64,000 nucleotides of DNA, taken from NCBI GenBank assembly GCA_000004985.1, contig GG738861.1; one strand, 5' to 3'. This DNA comes from Naegleria gruberi (Eukaryota). The notes beneath the pieces were generated by a model. It was not told the origin of the DNA, made no database searches, and saw only the letters and a list, made by a program, of their open reading frames with translations. This document shows positions 41,203 through 51,957 of this stretch, in pieces. How positions within the stretch are numbered: position 1 is the first letter of the stretch; every line of letters starts with the position of its first letter. A program made the position numbers and the translations under genes.

Positions 41203-43959
41203 TTAATCAACCATTCGCATATGTTCACTTTGAATATTTGTCCAAGCATTTTTGGCTACCTTTTCCACAAATTCCGATTTCTGGGTTGGCTTGATGAGAT
41301 TGAAGAAATTAGTGAAATTGTACATCTGCTTGTGGAAAGTTTGATTATGCTTGTCAGATAACTGTTTCAAGTGTTGCCATGTGTCACTTGAGAGAGATTG
41401 ACCGTAATTTGTTTGCATTATTTTCTTTAACAATCTTTGAGCACGAACACCATCTTCCATATTTCTCAAATAACTTTCACCACATTCACGAAGTAATTCA
41501 CACATGAATTCCAATTCAGTTCTGGCTGCTTTTGCTTCGAACTCTGGATCGTCTGAATAGCCGCTGAAATGATATTTAAATGGAGCGTCTGATGATTGTT
41601 TCAGATATCCTGTTATCGTTTCCTTCAATTTTGGACATTCTGCTGCTTTAGCACCGGTGAGCATTGCTGGGATACTTTGCTTTGAATCCATGTGGAAAAA
41701 GTCTGGATAAATTGTCACATGTTTTTCAAGTGGTTTGCCTTCACATACATTGATAGCAAATTTAGCCCAAAGTGCAGATGGATCCCAAATCTTCAAATAT
41801 TTCAAAACTGAAATGACATAATGTCCAGTATTGCTGTTCTTTTCATCATAGAATTGAGAACAGTTCCATGCACAGTTGAATTCAGCCAATCTATAAAGGA
41901 AGCTATCAATTTCTTCATTCTTTCTAACTTTGTAAATGTTACAATCATAGAAGGTTTGATAGAGGAAATTTTCTTTCTTTTCTTGATCTTCAATAACTAT
42001 CAAGTGAGTTTTGTCATCAAAAGAAATAACAAACTTGGCAAAGAAAAGAGCCACTTTCAATTTTGGAATATTGTTTTGTGCATCTTGGGAAGGAAGTGCA
42101 TTAGCATCGTATATAACAAATTTGAGATTGAGATATGGAACTTTGTCATTTCTGGCGTGACGTTTTCCTGGATTGTAATTAGCTTCTAAGTGTTTTGGAA
42201 CAACAGTGTTGATGACAATATACTCTTCAGCTTGTTTTGTATCAAGGTCACTGCTCTTTTTGTGTGCCAATGTTTGCACAGAGTTTTCAATCATCTTCTC
42301 ATCTTCTAAAGGAATTCTATTTTGAATAGATTTTACAATCATATCAGTTGCCTCTTCTGCGCCAAATACCTTTTCTTCTTTTCGGACCTCAGCTGGTTTA
42401 ATTGTTACTAATTGTTCACTGGAACTAGCAGGATAAATCACTTCTTCAAATGTGACACCTTCTACCTCAAATCCATTGGATTTGAGGAATCCAGCAAAGT
42501 TGTATCCAAATATGTCAATTATTTTACCGAATTGCATTTGGAAATTTTCAATGAAATGACCTAAATTCTCAAATTTATCCTTAGATTGTTGGTATTGTTG
42601 TTTTGCAAATTGTCCAATGTTCAATATGGTGACAACTGGGGAGTATTTACTAAGAACCGAGTTGTCCCACTGGTAACCAAAGCTTGAATAGTTTGAAGTT
42701 GTTTGGGTATTACCTCCTTGTTGGGTAGTGTACTGAACCCCTCTCATGCTTTGTCCATTATCTTCCGGATTGTAACTAGTTATTGGTTGAATATTATTTG
42801 ATTGAGCTGCCTTGGAAGTGTCAAAAAATGTATAGTCAACTAGTCCATCTATTATTTCATTATTAATTACCAAGAAAATACAAGTCTCTAAATCACTCTC
42901 AAAATGAGTAAGAACTGGCGAAGTAACAAAATGGAGGCCAGCATAATTTCCAATTTCACTGATATGAAGTAATTGTGGAAGAGCAACTTGTACTTCTGGG
43001 TGATCCTTTGGTACAAACCACATACTGATACTTTGCATTGAATGATTTTTTAGCATTTCATACAATCCAGTTCTTGAGCTTTCTTTGAATGATAAATAAA
43101 GAGTGTTTGGCTGTCCACCCATTTTAGGCCCATTTTCAAAATGGATTTTTGTGTATGTGACGGTATTGTAAAAATCAGTAAGTGGATTTGGATAATCAAT
43201 TTCATCATCATCTTTGTCAGATTGTTCAACAGCAATAATGTTAGGAGTAAGGCTGTCAAGAGAATCTGTTTTGCCTTCCATAAAATTTTCCAATATTTGT
43301 TGTACAATGACACTTCCAAAGTTTGCCTTCCTGTTTGGTGTTCTCCTCCTGTTGGTTGGACTTGAACAATTACTTAAAGAAGAGCCTAAAGAGTTAAACC
43401 TTAAAAAAGCCTGAATGAATTCATCCTCCTCATTTTGAACAGCATCTGAAATGAAACATGATTCTTTGGTTGTGCAACCTCTTTCTCCAACGCCACTTCC
43501 TCTTTGAGTTTTCATAGTGATGTAAGCCTGATAGTATTGGTTCTGATACTGGATCTCGAATACCAGGGCTACGAACTTGATTTGTGTTCTTCCTGGATTC
43601 TTTCCATAGTTTCCCACTTTAATAAAAAGTGATTTACCATCATCAGATTGTGTCACCTCTTTCGGTGTAATAGAAGTTTGAAATGTGACAATTCTTGTCA
43701 AGGGGTCAATGTGCATATCACTCAAATTTCCACTACCACCAAGACTGCTATTTCTCGTACTTATTACACTACTTGGTTCACACAAGCAAGCAGCCGAATA
43801 CAACAACCTAATGTTCCCATCTCCATAGGGATTATCAATAAAAACGTTGAATTTTCTGTTTTTCAAGTTATGGAAGGGACTCCACAACTTCAAGGAAAGA
43901 TACAACCCATCTCCAGCCAATAACTTCTTAGATAGAGTTTGCTCCGGCATCACATCCAC
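41203..43959 (-). CDS. Hypothetical protein, 918 aa
   Basis: A 2.7-kb uninterrupted ORF with a real ATG and balanced composition. No family recognised. Confidence 0.5.
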   Translation of the reverse strand: MDVMPEQTLSKKLLAGDGLYLSLKLWSPFHNLKNRKFNVFIDNPYGDGNIRLLYSAACLCEPSSVISTRNSSLGGSGNLSDMHIDPLTRIVTFQTSITPKEVTQSDDGKSLFIKVGNYGKNPGRTQIKFVALVFEIQYQNQYYQAYITMKTQRGSGVGERGCTTKESCFISDAVQNEEDEFIQAFLRFNSLGSSLSNCSSPTNRRRTPNRKANFGSVIVQQILENFMEGKTDSLDSLTPNIIAVEQSDKDDDEIDYPNPLTDFYNTVTYTKIHFENGPKMGGQPNTLYLSFKESSRTGLYEMLKNHSMQSISMWFVPKDHPEVQVALPQLLHISEIGNYAGLHFVTSPVLTHFESDLETCIFLVINNEIIDGLVDYTFFDTSKAAQSNNIQPITSYNPEDNGQSMRGVQYTTQQGGNTQTTSNYSSFGYQWDNSVLSKYSPVVTILNIGQFAKQQYQQSKDKFENLGHFIENFQMQFGKIIDIFGYNFAGFLKSNGFEVEGVTFEEVIYPASSSEQLVTIKPAEVRKEEKVFGAEEATDMIVKSIQNRIPLEDEKMIENSVQTLAHKKSSDLDTKQAEEYIVINTVVPKHLEANYNPGKRHARNDKVPYLNLKFVIYDANALPSQDAQNNIPKLKVALFFAKFVISFDDKTHLIVIEDQEKKENFLYQTFYDCNIYKVRKNEEIDSFLYRLAEFNCAWNCSQFYDEKNSNTGHYVISVLKYLKIWDPSALWAKFAINVCEGKPLEKHVTIYPDFFHMDSKQSIPAMLTGAKAAECPKLKETITGYLKQSSDAPFKYHFSGYSDDPEFEAKAARTELEFMCELLRECGESYLRNMEDGVRAQRLLKKIMQTNYGQSLSSDTWQHLKQLSDKHNQTFHKQMYNFTNFFNLIKPTQKSEFVEKVAKNAWTNIQSEHMRMVD

Positions 43960-44553
43960 TAAATTTTTCGTATTTTTTTTAAATTAATCTTTGCATCACG
44001 TTGGTGATGTTTTTTTTATAGTTGTTTTTGAAACGTGATCGTGCTTTCTTTACAACGTGATGGAAACGCATTTATTAAATAATGTAATTCCAAGTTGGAC
44101 ATTTAACTTGTTGCAAGTTAAAAAAAACAGCTAAAAAGAGTGGTGACTTTGCCGATTTAAATTGGCTCAAAGAAAGCACTTCCCTTCAGTCAACTGGCTC
44201 ATTTCCTACTCTAAATACATTAACTCTTTTAACCTTTCATTTTGTTCTTGTGGAATTGTATCTAGTTGGTTTTTAAAAACTATTGCGTTTGTTTTTTGAT
44301 AGTCCACACATGGAATTTCTTGCTCTAATCATATATTGATAGTGCTTGTGGGAACAACGTTATTATTTGATGAGTTGCGCTAATAGCCAATCATCGGCAG
44401 TTATTGTTGGACTCTTACTATCGATCACATGTTCAAGACGAAGGATGTTCTTTCATCTGCACATTTAGATTTTACAAACCTTCTCCAGTGTTTAACGTTC
44501 TTCATTTTTTTAATTTTTTTTAGAAATTTAATTTATTACAATTTACAGCACGT

Positions 44554-45306
44554 TTACTTCAAGTGCTCTTCAACAGCCGCTCTTGCAGTATTCATCAGCT
44601 TACGGAAATTGTTAATTGGATTACCAACATGGAAATCATCAGGTCCAGGAAACTTTTGCTCGGATTGGAGTTGTTTGACACGTTCTCTTTCGTTCCTTTC
44701 ATCTGCAATTTTCTTCTTTTTTGCCTCTCTTTCTTCTTGTTTGGCTTGTTTTTCTAATGCTTTCTTTTCTTGTTCAGCTTCTCTTGTTCTTTTCTTTTCT
44801 TCGCGTTTCTTTTCCTTCTCCAACTCCTCGGCTTGCTTTTCCTGTTTCTTCTTTTCCCTTTCTTGCTCCTTCTCTTCCTTTTTCTTCTTTTTTTGCCAAA
44901 AGGGACATTCTTCTCCTTCTGGGCAGTCGCCATCACCTGTGCAGCTCTTTTCTGTACAAGTCCCTCTTCTGTGACCACGACCATGACACTTACTACACAG
45001 TTGACTTGAGACTTTACAATGTTTGAAATAATAATAAAAAATTAAATATAATAATTATAACTTACCTTTAAAACTTGATGTTGCACTTGAGGCTACACTT
45101 GATGCTCTAGTGATACTGCTGATTGTGGACAGTTGGTCCTGTGCCAATTCTTGTGCATCATCTTTCCAAACAGGGAAGGTTGAATTCATCTGAGAATTGG
45201 AAAATGTATTTGTTGAAAAGGTATCTTGGGACCCACTTTGTACATTTTGAAAATCGAGTCCAACGAAAGGATTGAAAATTGGAGGAGATGTTTCAGATTT
45301 ATGCAT
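44554..45306 (-). CDS. CCHC zinc-knuckle protein with a K/E-rich coiled region; two exons
   Basis: Exon 1 is 45306..45066, an S/T-rich N-terminal part ending '...SSFK'. The intron is 45065..45012 (54 nt, GTAAGT...TGTAAAG), in phase 1. Exon 2 is 45011..44554 and reads 'VSSQLCSKCHGRGHRRGTC...' (C-X2-C-X4-H-X4-C), then an E/K-rich region, then '...KFPGPDDFHVGNPINNFRKLMNTARAAVEEHLK*'. An alternative acceptor 7 nt downstream (..TCAAG) would instead give a short, purely basic KR-rich ORF. Confidence 0.55.
44690..44900. repeat. About 200-nt near-perfect polypyrimidine(+)/polypurine(-) mirror-like tract (AAG/GAA-type), coding for the K/E-rich region of the CCHC protein
   Basis: The + strand reads 'cttcttttttgcctctctttcttcttgtttggcttgtttttctaatgctttcttttcttgttcagcttctcttgttcttttcttttcttcgcgtttcttttccttctccaactcctcggcttgcttttcctgtttcttcttttccctttcttgctccttctcttcctttttcttc'. 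All three frames on both strands stay open, which explains the spurious ORFs 44429..44974(+), 44721..45026(+) and 44754..44984(-). Confidence 0.7.
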
Positions 45307-45615
45307 AGATGAGCTTCCAATATTAACATCAATACTTCAAATAATCATTATCTGAAATATAATAATAAAAAACAAACCTTGAGGGATGATTCATATAAGA
45401 ATGAATATTCCATTGTGGAATAGTGTTTGGTTGGTTATTTGGTAACCAATTCCATTGGTGTGGATGTAATTGTTTATTATTTGCATTCTTTATATTTGGA
45501 ATTGACCAAACAATTTTGCTTTCCATTGACCATCTAGGGAATTCAATAATAGAAAGAAAGTTCCCAATACACTTGGTCTTCTCGGCATGAATGAAATACA
45601 ACAATATAAAAAAAT

Positions 45616-46857
45616 ATGGAGACAAGAAGTAGGATATTCACAAGTTCTGGCAGCACCAGTAACTTGTCAAATGCAGAGGAAAATACATTACCTGCTAATA
45701 TCCACCATCATCAAGTGAATGTAGAGAAGGAAACAGATCCAATACCTAATTTTAAAAGAACAGTCGATTCGAATAAGAAGATTTCTAATATCTTTAGGCG
45801 AATTGTGAGAAGTTGTTGCAATAAGATTCCATTTTTTGGTAGTTTTACTTCATCAAATGATGAAAGTATTGTTGGAAGAAAAGTTGTGGAACAAACTTCC
45901 GAAACCAATTTTCCATATTGTAAAATATTAATGCTAGTAATACTTGGTTTTCTAATTGCCTCCTTTATATTGGGAGTTGTACTTTACATGATTGTTTCCC
46001 GATGGGTAAGAGATCAAGCAGGTGATTTTATTGTTCATGAAATTGTTCGTAAAGGAAATTTAAAACACATTTTACAACAAGTGGTTGATCGTGTTTATTT
46101 GTATGATGTTGAGGGAGATTTCAAAAATCCAAGATATCAACTTGCAGTGGATACTTCTCATGATGGTGAATTCTCGGTTCTCGTTCAACACATGTTAAAT
46201 AATCCAGAGTTTGAGAATTATGAAGAACAAATCCATAGAAATGAGAAGAGATATACCATTGTTGATATTGGAGCTCATGATTGTGTTAGTGGTTCAAATA
46301 GTTTCAATTTTATCAAGATGGGATTCGATGCAATTGTTGTTGAGCCATCTCCAGTTAATATGAAATTGTGTAAGAGTAATTTGGAGAGAGCTAGAAGAAC
46401 ATTTAAATTTGATCAACATCATCCTCGTCAACGTATTGAATTTGTGGAGGCTGCCATTACTGATGCTGATGGAACAGCAACTTTGGGCAATAGAGATGAG
46501 AAGGATAGTTGGGGAATGCAATTCTTTGTGGATAAGGAGAATCCAAATGCTGGAAATCTTGGTAATGCTCCAGTTGTTAAAACTCTCAAATTTGGAACAT
46601 TTGCTGCGGAAAGTGAGCTTCCAAAGAAGTTTTCAGTCTTGTCTATCGATGCTGAAGGTCAAGATGTTAAGATTTTATTGAACTTCTTGAGAGAGGGCTA
46701 TAAACCATTATATTTGATTTATGAAGGACTTCATGGCACTGGTTTAAAGGTAGAAGTGATGAGTACCTATGGTTATCAATTGATTGGTGAGAGAGGATGG
46801 AATCAAATCTATGTTTACAGAGTTGAAACTGATACTATTTTAAAGAAAAAGAAATAG
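45616..46857 (+). CDS. FkbM-family SAM-dependent methyltransferase with an N-terminal signal anchor (type-II membrane topology)
   Basis: The TM helix is 'ILMLVILGFLIASFILGVVLYMIV'. The FkbM-type core is 'YTIVDIGAHDCVSGSNSFNFIKMGFDAIVVEPSPVNMKLCKSNLE...IEFVEAAITDADGTATLG'. Confidence 0.6.
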   Translation: METRSRIFTSSGSTSNLSNAEENTLPANIHHHQVNVEKETDPIPNFKRTVDSNKKISNIFRRIVRSCCNKIPFFGSFTSSNDESIVGRKVVEQTSETNFPYCKILMLVILGFLIASFILGVVLYMIVSRWVRDQAGDFIVHEIVRKGNLKHILQQVVDRVYLYDVEGDFKNPRYQLAVDTSHDGEFSVLVQHMLNNPEFENYEEQIHRNEKRYTIVDIGAHDCVSGSNSFNFIKMGFDAIVVEPSPVNMKLCKSNLERARRTFKFDQHHPRQRIEFVEAAITDADGTATLGNRDEKDSWGMQFFVDKENPNAGNLGNAPVVKTLKFGTFAAESELPKKFSVLSIDAEGQDVKILLNFLREGYKPLYLIYEGLHGTGLKVEVMSTYGYQLIGERGWNQIYVYRVETDTILKKKK

Positions 46858-46880
46858 ATGTATAATAAATAATATGTAAA

Positions 46881-48426
46881 TTATTTATTGCAACTATCTT
46901 TCATTTCAATATCGTCAGTTTCATTGGCCTTTTCTACAGCATCCTTATATTCCTCTTCAGAGAGGTATGGTCGAATGAGATCGAGTTTACCAATTCTTTG
47001 CAATCCTCTTCTCAATAATTTGGCCATACGAGGGCTTCTCTTAACAAGATCAGAATAAACCAAATGGACATTGGAGCTGTCACAAAAGTTTTGAGTGACT
47101 GCAAAGGTATCATCCAAATTCAAGACCATATGCCACCAAGTACTTGGTACAAAGATTAAATCACCAGGATATTGAACACATTCCCAAGGTCTTCTTCCTT
47201 GATTAAGGGCTTCATAATATTCATTGGTCAACCATTGAATTGGTTCAGAACAAGGTACATAGCTTGGAACTGGTTGAGCATTGTCCTTAATTTCAAATTC
47301 ATCTTCATAAATCTTGTTAATTTTACCTTCGTGTAATAATTTAGTCTTGATTTGCTTTTCGAATTGCAACTTTTCTTGAATCATTTCTTGTTCTGCACTC
47401 TTCATTTCTTCAATTGCTTCCTCCAAATCTTCACTCACATGACTCATTGGATAGAAGAGCCATCTCTTACGACCACTCAATAAGGCATTCCAAGCACTTG
47501 TCAAGTATGGATCCATGTGGAACTAATTACTCTGTTTAGTATAATTTAACACAAATAATACTTACTTGAGTACCACTTCTTGCAGGTCCAACAACCAGCC
47601 ATCTAAAGAGTGGTCTTTCATCAAGTGATAGACATTGCTCGAAAAAGTCTTCCTTGAATAATTGTGGAATTTCATATTCATCCAAAAGTCTTACATCTCT
47701 TTCTGCAAACTTTGAATCAAAAACATAGATTGGATTTTCATCTTGATTATGTTTCATATAATTGGCATAATTTTGAAACTTGATTTTGATATTGCCTTCC
47801 TTTCTGTGTTCATCGTATTTACTCAAATCCTTTCCTTCCTTTTTATCTTGAAGATATTCTCTGTACAATTCTGAATAATGAGGACCCAAGTGTGAAACTT
47901 GTTGATCTGTTTTAAATTCAACTTCACCATACTTTTCCAAGAATGAATCCAATTTCCAATTAGTCATGGCTTTCCAGCTTGAAAGAGCTCCTGTAATAAT
48001 TACAGGAATTTGAAACTTGTTATACTTTTCAGTAAATTGTTCATAAGTAATACTCTCGGCAGGTATTCTTTCAATGTGTGAAAATGGAATATCAAAAAGT
48101 GACATGTCAAATTGAGATCTACTCCATCTACTGTACAAGGTACCTGAAAATCCAGTAAATGGACATGGTTTCTCAATCTTTTTACTCAACCACCATGCAT
48201 GGATATAGGTATATTTCCATGATTTTTCATACCAAAAGTTTCCTTGAAATTCATTCAATGTAAATTGTCTCCACATACTATGATCTTCACTCAATACGAG
48301 TAGAGTTTTAGAAACCAATGAAAGATTACAAAGCTCACTCTTTGATAGGTATGGAATGATAATTTCAACAATACCATCATCAGGAATTTCCTGGAGTAAA
48401 CCCAATCCTTTTCTAATTATCATCAT
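46881..48426 (-). CDS. F-box / JmjC-domain protein (2-oxoglutarate/Fe(II)-oxygenase fold); two exons
   Basis: Exon 1 is 48426..47566. It carries the F-box 'IIPYLSKSELCNLSLVSKTLLVLSEDHSMWRQF' and the JmjC N-terminal part up to '...LVVGPARSGTQ'. The intron is 47565..47523 (43 nt, GTAAGT..TACTAAAC..TAG), in phase 0. Exon 2 is 47522..46881 and begins 'FHMDPYLTSAWNALLSGRKRWLFYP', which carries the HxD. The second His is in '...DLIFVPSTWWHMVLNLDDTFAVTQNF'. Confidence 0.8.
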
Positions 48427-48929
48427 TTGTTAATATCATTGTCATCATCATGAGACAATTCAACCATCATCATTATCAATATGATCACTTGTTTAATTTA
48501 AAGAACAACTTACTCTCTAATAATTGGCTTGAAATTTTCTTGTGCTTGTGCTGGTTCCTTGTTGATCGGATCAACAACAGATACTCCTGGAGCAGTGATT
48601 GTTGTCATGTGTTAATGGTGTGGAGTATGCAATGAGGTTTACCGGTATTTTTTTCTTATGTTCTAAAAAGAACAATTTGGTGTATTGTTCGATTTTGGAT
48701 AATTGGATGGCAATTCGAAATAATGTACATGAGGATGAACATTTGGTTTTTGGGTGCTCTTAGTAGATGGGGTTACATCCATGATTGATTTGCATTACAA
48801 TCATGGATGGAGAAAAGATAAGGCATTAAGTTTAGAATAAATCATTCGAAAAAAAGATTAATTGGTAACAGTGAATTTATTTGATACAAACTATACATTA
48901 CATTTTCATCTGAGAGAGATGAAGAGAGT

Positions 48930-49832
48930 TTAATTGCCATCGAGCAATGGAACATTGTCCAAAATACCCTTTTCAGGAGCATATTTACCATAGTGCAATT
49001 CATTCATGTCAGTGCTGGAAATCTTTGTCCAACCATCAGAACGAATCAAATATACATTGATAATACCACCAGAGTAAGCATCACGGTGAGTAGCGTGATA
49101 AATAGCACGACGACCTAATTCACAAGCTTCTTCTTCTGTCAAATCAGCACGATAACCTTGATCCAAAACACCATAGGCATATAATGATCCTGAACCAACT
49201 GAGAATCTTGTTCCCTTCAAACGAGTACCATCGTTATCAACCATGAACAAGTTTGGACCTGTGTGATCCCAACCAGCAATCATAGTACCCATAGAGAGTC
49301 CATGATCCTTATATTGATATACAATATTGCTGAGCAACTTTGATGCAGCAGCAACAGAAATACGACGCTTATTTCTCAATTCATACAATCTACATTGCAT
49401 ACCCAAATAACGTTCCCAAAATTGACAATCAGCAGCACCACCAGCCATAGTTCCCAAAAGGTATGGATTGATTTCAATGACCTTCTTAACATTTTGTGAT
49501 GAAATGTAATTACCCATAGAAGCACGGGAATCGACTGCAATCACAATACCCTTATTAAATACAAAACCTAATGTTGTAGTACCCTTGGCATAAGTCTTTT
49601 CCAATTTTTCCTTTTGATGTATAAAACCAGAATTATTGAGTGATGGTGGAAGAGCAAATCCTTGTTGTCCATCCAATCCGTATGAAATATCTAAACAAGG
49701 ATCTTGAAGAATAACATTATCTTCATCTTGAGGTCCAATAGAAAGTGAAGTAAAATCACTCGATAATACACTCGACAAGTTTGCTCCTTGCTTGAATGAT
49801 TTTGTTGTCTTTGTTGATGGGAATGAGAGCAT
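48930..49832 (-). CDS. PSMB5: 20S proteasome subunit beta type-5 (Pre2; chymotrypsin-like site) with propeptide
   Basis: '[91 protein letters not shown]' matches PSMB5 '[91 protein letters not shown]'. Confidence 0.95.
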   Translation of the reverse strand: MLSFPSTKTTKSFKQGANLSSVLSSDFTSLSIGPQDEDNVILQDPCLDISYGLDGQQGFALPPSLNNSGFIHQKEKLEKTYAKGTTTLGFVFNKGIVIAVDSRASMGNYISSQNVKKVIEINPYLLGTMAGGAADCQFWERYLGMQCRLYELRNKRRISVAAASKLLSNIVYQYKDHGLSMGTMIAGWDHTGPNLFMVDNDGTRLKGTRFSVGSGSLYAYGVLDQGYRADLTEEEACELGRRAIYHATHRDAYSGGIINVYLIRSDGWTKISSTDMNELHYGKYAPEKGILDNVPLLDGN

Positions 49833-50197
49833 TTTTTTATATTAATAATTTTCAATAATGATCTAAAAATAAAATATTTTTTCCTCTTTCCCATCACTTA
49901 TTAAATTCCTTTCCTCTTGAAGACAATTTCAAGCTTGTTTTTCATCCAACAAAGTAATATCGACAGCAATGAAATCAATTGAGATCTATGATGGTCAAAG
50001 AGGACATGGTCAGCGGATTTGTTATTCAATAAGTTTGGCTTTGATCAATTAATGAAAAATTAATAATTTATTTTTAAAATTTAAAAAAAAATTGATCGGA
50101 TCACAGTTCATAATTTTAAAACGAATTTTTTTTCTAAAATCATCATTGGATCGTAATCTTTTAATCAAAATAGTCCTAGAATAATAATAATTTGAAA

Positions 50198-51784
50198 ATG
50201 GAATATCTTGTGGATGCATTAACGAGAGCACCAACACAAGTTTTGGTAAAAAGTGCTACTCAATTCGGTGAAGATGCTGCAAGAGTTTTGGGAGCAGCCA
50301 TTGAAGAATCACTTAAAAATTGTACAGAGGAAATTACAACTAGTATTAAAGAAAATTTGAGAGTATCCGGAAAGGGAATATCAAAAGAATTAGATAAATT
50401 TTCCCAGGTTTTTAAAGAGACTGCAGTTGAAGGATTTACAGAGTGGGGTATTGGTATTGAAAGAGCATTCTATCATTTAGGTCATAAATTGGAAAATGGT
50501 TTAAATAATACAGCTAATAGATTGGCTGTTCAATTGGATACAAGTATTGAAAATAATTTATCAAAAATTGATTTGACAGTTAGAGATAGTGTCGATGTTT
50601 TTTCGAAAGGTTTTTTAAAAGAACAAGTTCCACATTGGAGAAATAGTTTTATGAGAGAATTGAATATTGTGATGATATGTTTACTACTTGTTAGTATTGG
50701 AATATTTATTTTGTGTATGAGTTGGGCTCTTGGAGGATATCAAATCATTACCCACATTTTGACAAAAGAGTTCAGTACATTGTGCTTTTTAATTTTTGCT
50801 GTTATTAATGGAATCTCCCTGTATATATGGAGCAAGTCACTGAAAGAAGGTGAAAGCTCAAACGCTTCTGTACAACAGCAATCTGAAGAAGCTGCAACTC
50901 CAAACACCAAATGGGTTAGAAATATCATAACAGAACAACACTTTTATTACAAGAAGAATCCCCAATTAATGCTGATATTTGTGGGGTGTTTGAGTTTCTT
51001 AATGGGTCATTTGGGAAGAGATGTTTTTTCATTCTCCTCGTTTTTAACTCCTTCATCTGGAATTGTTTTTCAAGCACTAACTCACTTGACTTCATGGTTC
51101 CATATTTTGATAATTCTCATACTTATGATTGCCATCACTCTGATTATTAATAAGATACTCTTATTCCAAGTAACCTTAAAGGTTTACACTTTATGGAAAG
51201 ATTGGATGAAATTCAGAGAATTGATGAGAAATGATTCTCGTATTGTTACCTCTAGTCCTATTCAAGAAGACTCGGTAAAGCAAGAAGTAGTTATTGAAAG
51301 AGTTGAATCAGTCAAGTCTCATACTAATATTGGTGTTGGAGATGAAGTTCAACAACCAACACTTCCTCCTGTACGTACATCTTTGACTAACATTCCAAGA
51401 ATTTCTCCAAAGAGCTATTCATCTGGAAACATACCTGTCAGACAACAGAGTAGTGCAGAACCACTGTCAAAGAGAGCTCATAGTGGTGATCATTTAGAAT
51501 CTTTCAATGATGATTCCAGTAGTGACAGTAGTGAGGAATCAAGCAGTAGCGATAGCAGTACTGAAGAAGAGGAACCAAAAATCACTCGTGTTGGGGACAT
51601 CCCAATCTCTGGTGCACCTTTCCTCTTGTTCTGCAAACAGAATAGACCTAAGCTCACTCAACAAAATCCAAACGCATCCTTCTTTGAAGTAAGGAAAAAG
51701 CTAGATGAAATGTGGATGAACCTGAGTGAGGATGAGAAACATGTCTATGAAGAACAAGTGGAGAAGTTAAAGGAAGAGCTGTAA
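50198..51784 (+). CDS. Multi-pass membrane protein (about 4 predicted TM helices) with a canonical C-terminal HMG box
   Basis: The real ATG is at 50198; the track start at 50192 is TTG. Hydrophobic helices include 'IVMICLLLVSIGIFILCMSW', 'FSTLCFLIFAVINGISLYIW', 'LMLIFVGCLSFLMGHL' and 'WFHILIILILMIAITLII'. A Ser/acidic linker follows. The C-terminal segment 'PFLLFCKQNRPKLTQQNPNASFFEVRKKLDEMWMNLSEDEKHVYEEQVEKLKEE' aligns residue-for-residue with HMGB box '[57 protein letters not shown]'. Confidence 0.7.
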   Translation: MEYLVDALTRAPTQVLVKSATQFGEDAARVLGAAIEESLKNCTEEITTSIKENLRVSGKGISKELDKFSQVFKETAVEGFTEWGIGIERAFYHLGHKLENGLNNTANRLAVQLDTSIENNLSKIDLTVRDSVDVFSKGFLKEQVPHWRNSFMRELNIVMICLLLVSIGIFILCMSWALGGYQIITHILTKEFSTLCFLIFAVINGISLYIWSKSLKEGESSNASVQQQSEEAATPNTKWVRNIITEQHFYYKKNPQLMLIFVGCLSFLMGHLGRDVFSFSSFLTPSSGIVFQALTHLTSWFHILIILILMIAITLIINKILLFQVTLKVYTLWKDWMKFRELMRNDSRIVTSSPIQEDSVKQEVVIERVESVKSHTNIGVGDEVQQPTLPPVRTSLTNIPRISPKSYSSGNIPVRQQSSAEPLSKRAHSGDHLESFNDDSSSDSSEESSSSDSSTEEEEPKITRVGDIPISGAPFLLFCKQNRPKLTQQNPNASFFEVRKKLDEMWMNLSEDEKHVYEEQVEKLKEEL

Positions 51785-51957
51785 ATAAAATTAGTTCACT
51801 AAAGATGTTCCTCTTGTTGTAAAATTCAAAGAGATCTTTAGAAATTATAAAAAAGATTAGGACATAAGTTTTTGCAAAGTAATAATTTATGTATGTTGGT
51901 TTTTAGTACAGTTTAGAAAAATATAAGGAGGTATAAGTGAGAAAATCATAAGTCAGA

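Noticed and set aside
16066-50020. A shared 8-mer, GCGGATTT/AAATCCGC, upstream of the alpha-4 gene (16066-16073) and the beta-5 gene (50013-50020), as a possible proteasome promoter element.
   Set aside because: Only two occurrences, in opposite orientation relative to the genes. Roughly one chance occurrence is expected in 64 kb at this base composition. It is not significant without genome-wide testing.
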